This document shows, one piece after another, positions 62,498 through 64,000 of a stretch of 64,000 nucleotides of DNA (position 1 is its first letter; every line of letters starts with the position of its first letter). Source of the DNA: Tubiluchus corallicola (lineage: Eukaryota; Animalia; Priapulida). The position numbers and the translations under genes are program-made. The notes beneath the pieces are model-generated. The model ran no database searches. It was not told the origin of the DNA and saw only the letters and a list, made by a program, of their open reading frames with translations. The DNA lies in contig JAQGDQ010000021.1 in the NCBI GenBank assembly GCA_030141605.1, positions 310,001-374,000 of the forward strand, in the 5' to 3' direction.

Positions 62498-63014
62498 TAA
62501 TTTAACGACAAACAATAAATGATCACAGTTAACAATGAAAAAGTTTAAATAATACAGTTGATTGGCCACCATAATGAGATGTTATTTTCCCAGGGTAAAC
62601 AGCAAAATCTAACTGCTGAACATGGCAGGCCCATTGCATGTATGCAAACTTGCCAATCATGGACGGGATGTGATAGCTATCACAGTGTTGTTCTTGTGAT
62701 TTGCAAGTATTAGTGTACTTAGTGTACTGTGTTATGCTGAACAATGTTCAAGGACAAACACAAATATCCTTCAAGCTAAAACAAATAATTATTGACCTTT
62801 TTGTAACCTAACATTTTTGCACATGACGCATTACACACGTTTAAAAATAACTTATTTTTTTGATAAACTAAGGACTTTAGTGCCTTTTACTAGCACCGGG
62901 TATAGTCTTTTGGCTTTTTATAGCACATAATCACCTTTCATCAATAAGAATATTTTCAGTATGTACATTTTTACATTTTCCACACGTCTTTGCAAAATGT
63001 TGTTTTAACAGCTG

Positions 63015-63211
63015 TTAAAGTCTTATTTCCATATTATCTTTCACACTGCTGTCGTCATCATTATCAGGCACTTGTGATTCTAGTCCATCGAGTTCCTCGT
63101 CGGGAAGAAACTGAAATTTGAGTCCTGTACCTTGTATCTGATCTTCATACATTTTGTCTAACATTTCTGATGCCTTGGCACTAAAATGATTTTGCCAATC
63201 TCCAATTATAC
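63015..63211 (-). CDS. Cytosolic sulfotransferase (SULT), last exon
   Basis: Minus-strand acceptor tatttag|. Reads (G)IIGDWQNHFSAKASEMLDKMYEDQIQGTGLKFQFLPDEELDGLESQVPDNDDDSSVKDNMEIRL*, completing the PAPS-binding RKGxxGDWxNHF motif. Confidence 0.9.
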
Positions 63212-63933
63212 CTAAATATAGTCAAAAAGTAGTCAGTTCAGAAGAAGAAGGTAATGATGACATGATGTGAAGAAACTGCCTAACATAGATCTAGCTTTGA
63301 TCTGACATAGATCTAACATAGAGCTGACATAAATAGCATCAGAGCTCTAACTTGTGTTGTGCAGTCTTTTTGAGTTAAACAAATCACTTATCTTTGGTGG
63401 ACATTTTTAATTTCATGTAATATGTATAAGAATTCATTCTGTTTACATTGTGTCCACAATGATGCCTTCCCTTCAAGAAAAGAAGAGTGAATTTTACAAT
63501 ACAATGGTTAAGTTCAGGGATTTTACTGAAACTGAAATTACAAACCGAAATTTATGAAACATAGGAAAGAAGATACTGAAACGAGACAGAACTGAGTTTA
63601 TTTATTTTTAACAGGCAAATAATCTAAAGAAAAGAAAAAATCATAACAGAGAAAGTAGAACAGTGTTTATGGTTAAAGATGATGATAAATTTTATTTTGC
63701 AAATATTTAGCTGCCTATATTTCGTAAATTATAAAATTAAACTTGGCTTTGTTCAAATTACAATTTTGATAACTCCGGTTGATTGTGTGTCAGCACAGAA
63801 GATGTGCTGCATTGCCTGAAAATTTTGTTTTTCTAACTCTGATTAAGTCACCCTTTGGTAATGCAACATAGTAATTCATATTGCTACATAAAGGGTGTGT
63901 GTTATTTTTTAGTATTACTTGCACATGACTTAC

Positions 63934-64000
63934 CTTTTCGCATAAATTTATGTTCCTTTAGGTCAAATGCTGGTACGGGTATTCCTTCTCTATTCACTTT
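63934..64000 (-). CDS. Cytosolic sulfotransferase, penultimate exon (partial; continues beyond window)
   Basis: Reads KVNREGIPVPAFDLKEHKFMRK G|gtaagt and splices in frame to GIIGDW. Confidence 0.88.

Overview
AT-rich eukaryotic DNA with spliceosomal introns, microsatellites and many transposon remnants. It looks like an invertebrate animal genome, but the species cannot be assigned from sequence alone. From left to right the window holds: (1) the seven 3' exons of an adenylate kinase 7 (AK7) gene on +, with an intronless, divergent POMK/SGK196-like secretory kinase nested on the same strand inside one AK7 intron; (2) about 23 kb of gene-poor sequence with MITEs (PIF/Harbinger, hAT), an Academ-like deletion derivative, LINE fragments and simple repeats; (3) an intronless class A neuropeptide GPCR of the orexin/NPFF-SIFamide group on +; (4) a young Ty3/Gypsy LTR retrotransposon on -, inserted in a decayed LINE; (5) a multi-exon C2H2 zinc-finger gene on + with two Tc1/mariner-pogo-type MITEs in its introns; and (6) the last two exons of a cytosolic sulfotransferase on -. 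The retrotransposon has the inverted PR-IN-RT-RH order of the Gmr1 clade, a SCAN-like Gag domain, a tRNA-Leu PBS, two 2-bp-duplication frameshifts and a truncated 5' LTR. The most notable observations are this Gmr1/SCAN element, including an N-terminal HeH-like domain and a possible PBS-removing leader intron, and the same-strand nested POMK paralog. All calls come from reading motifs by eye; no database searches were run.
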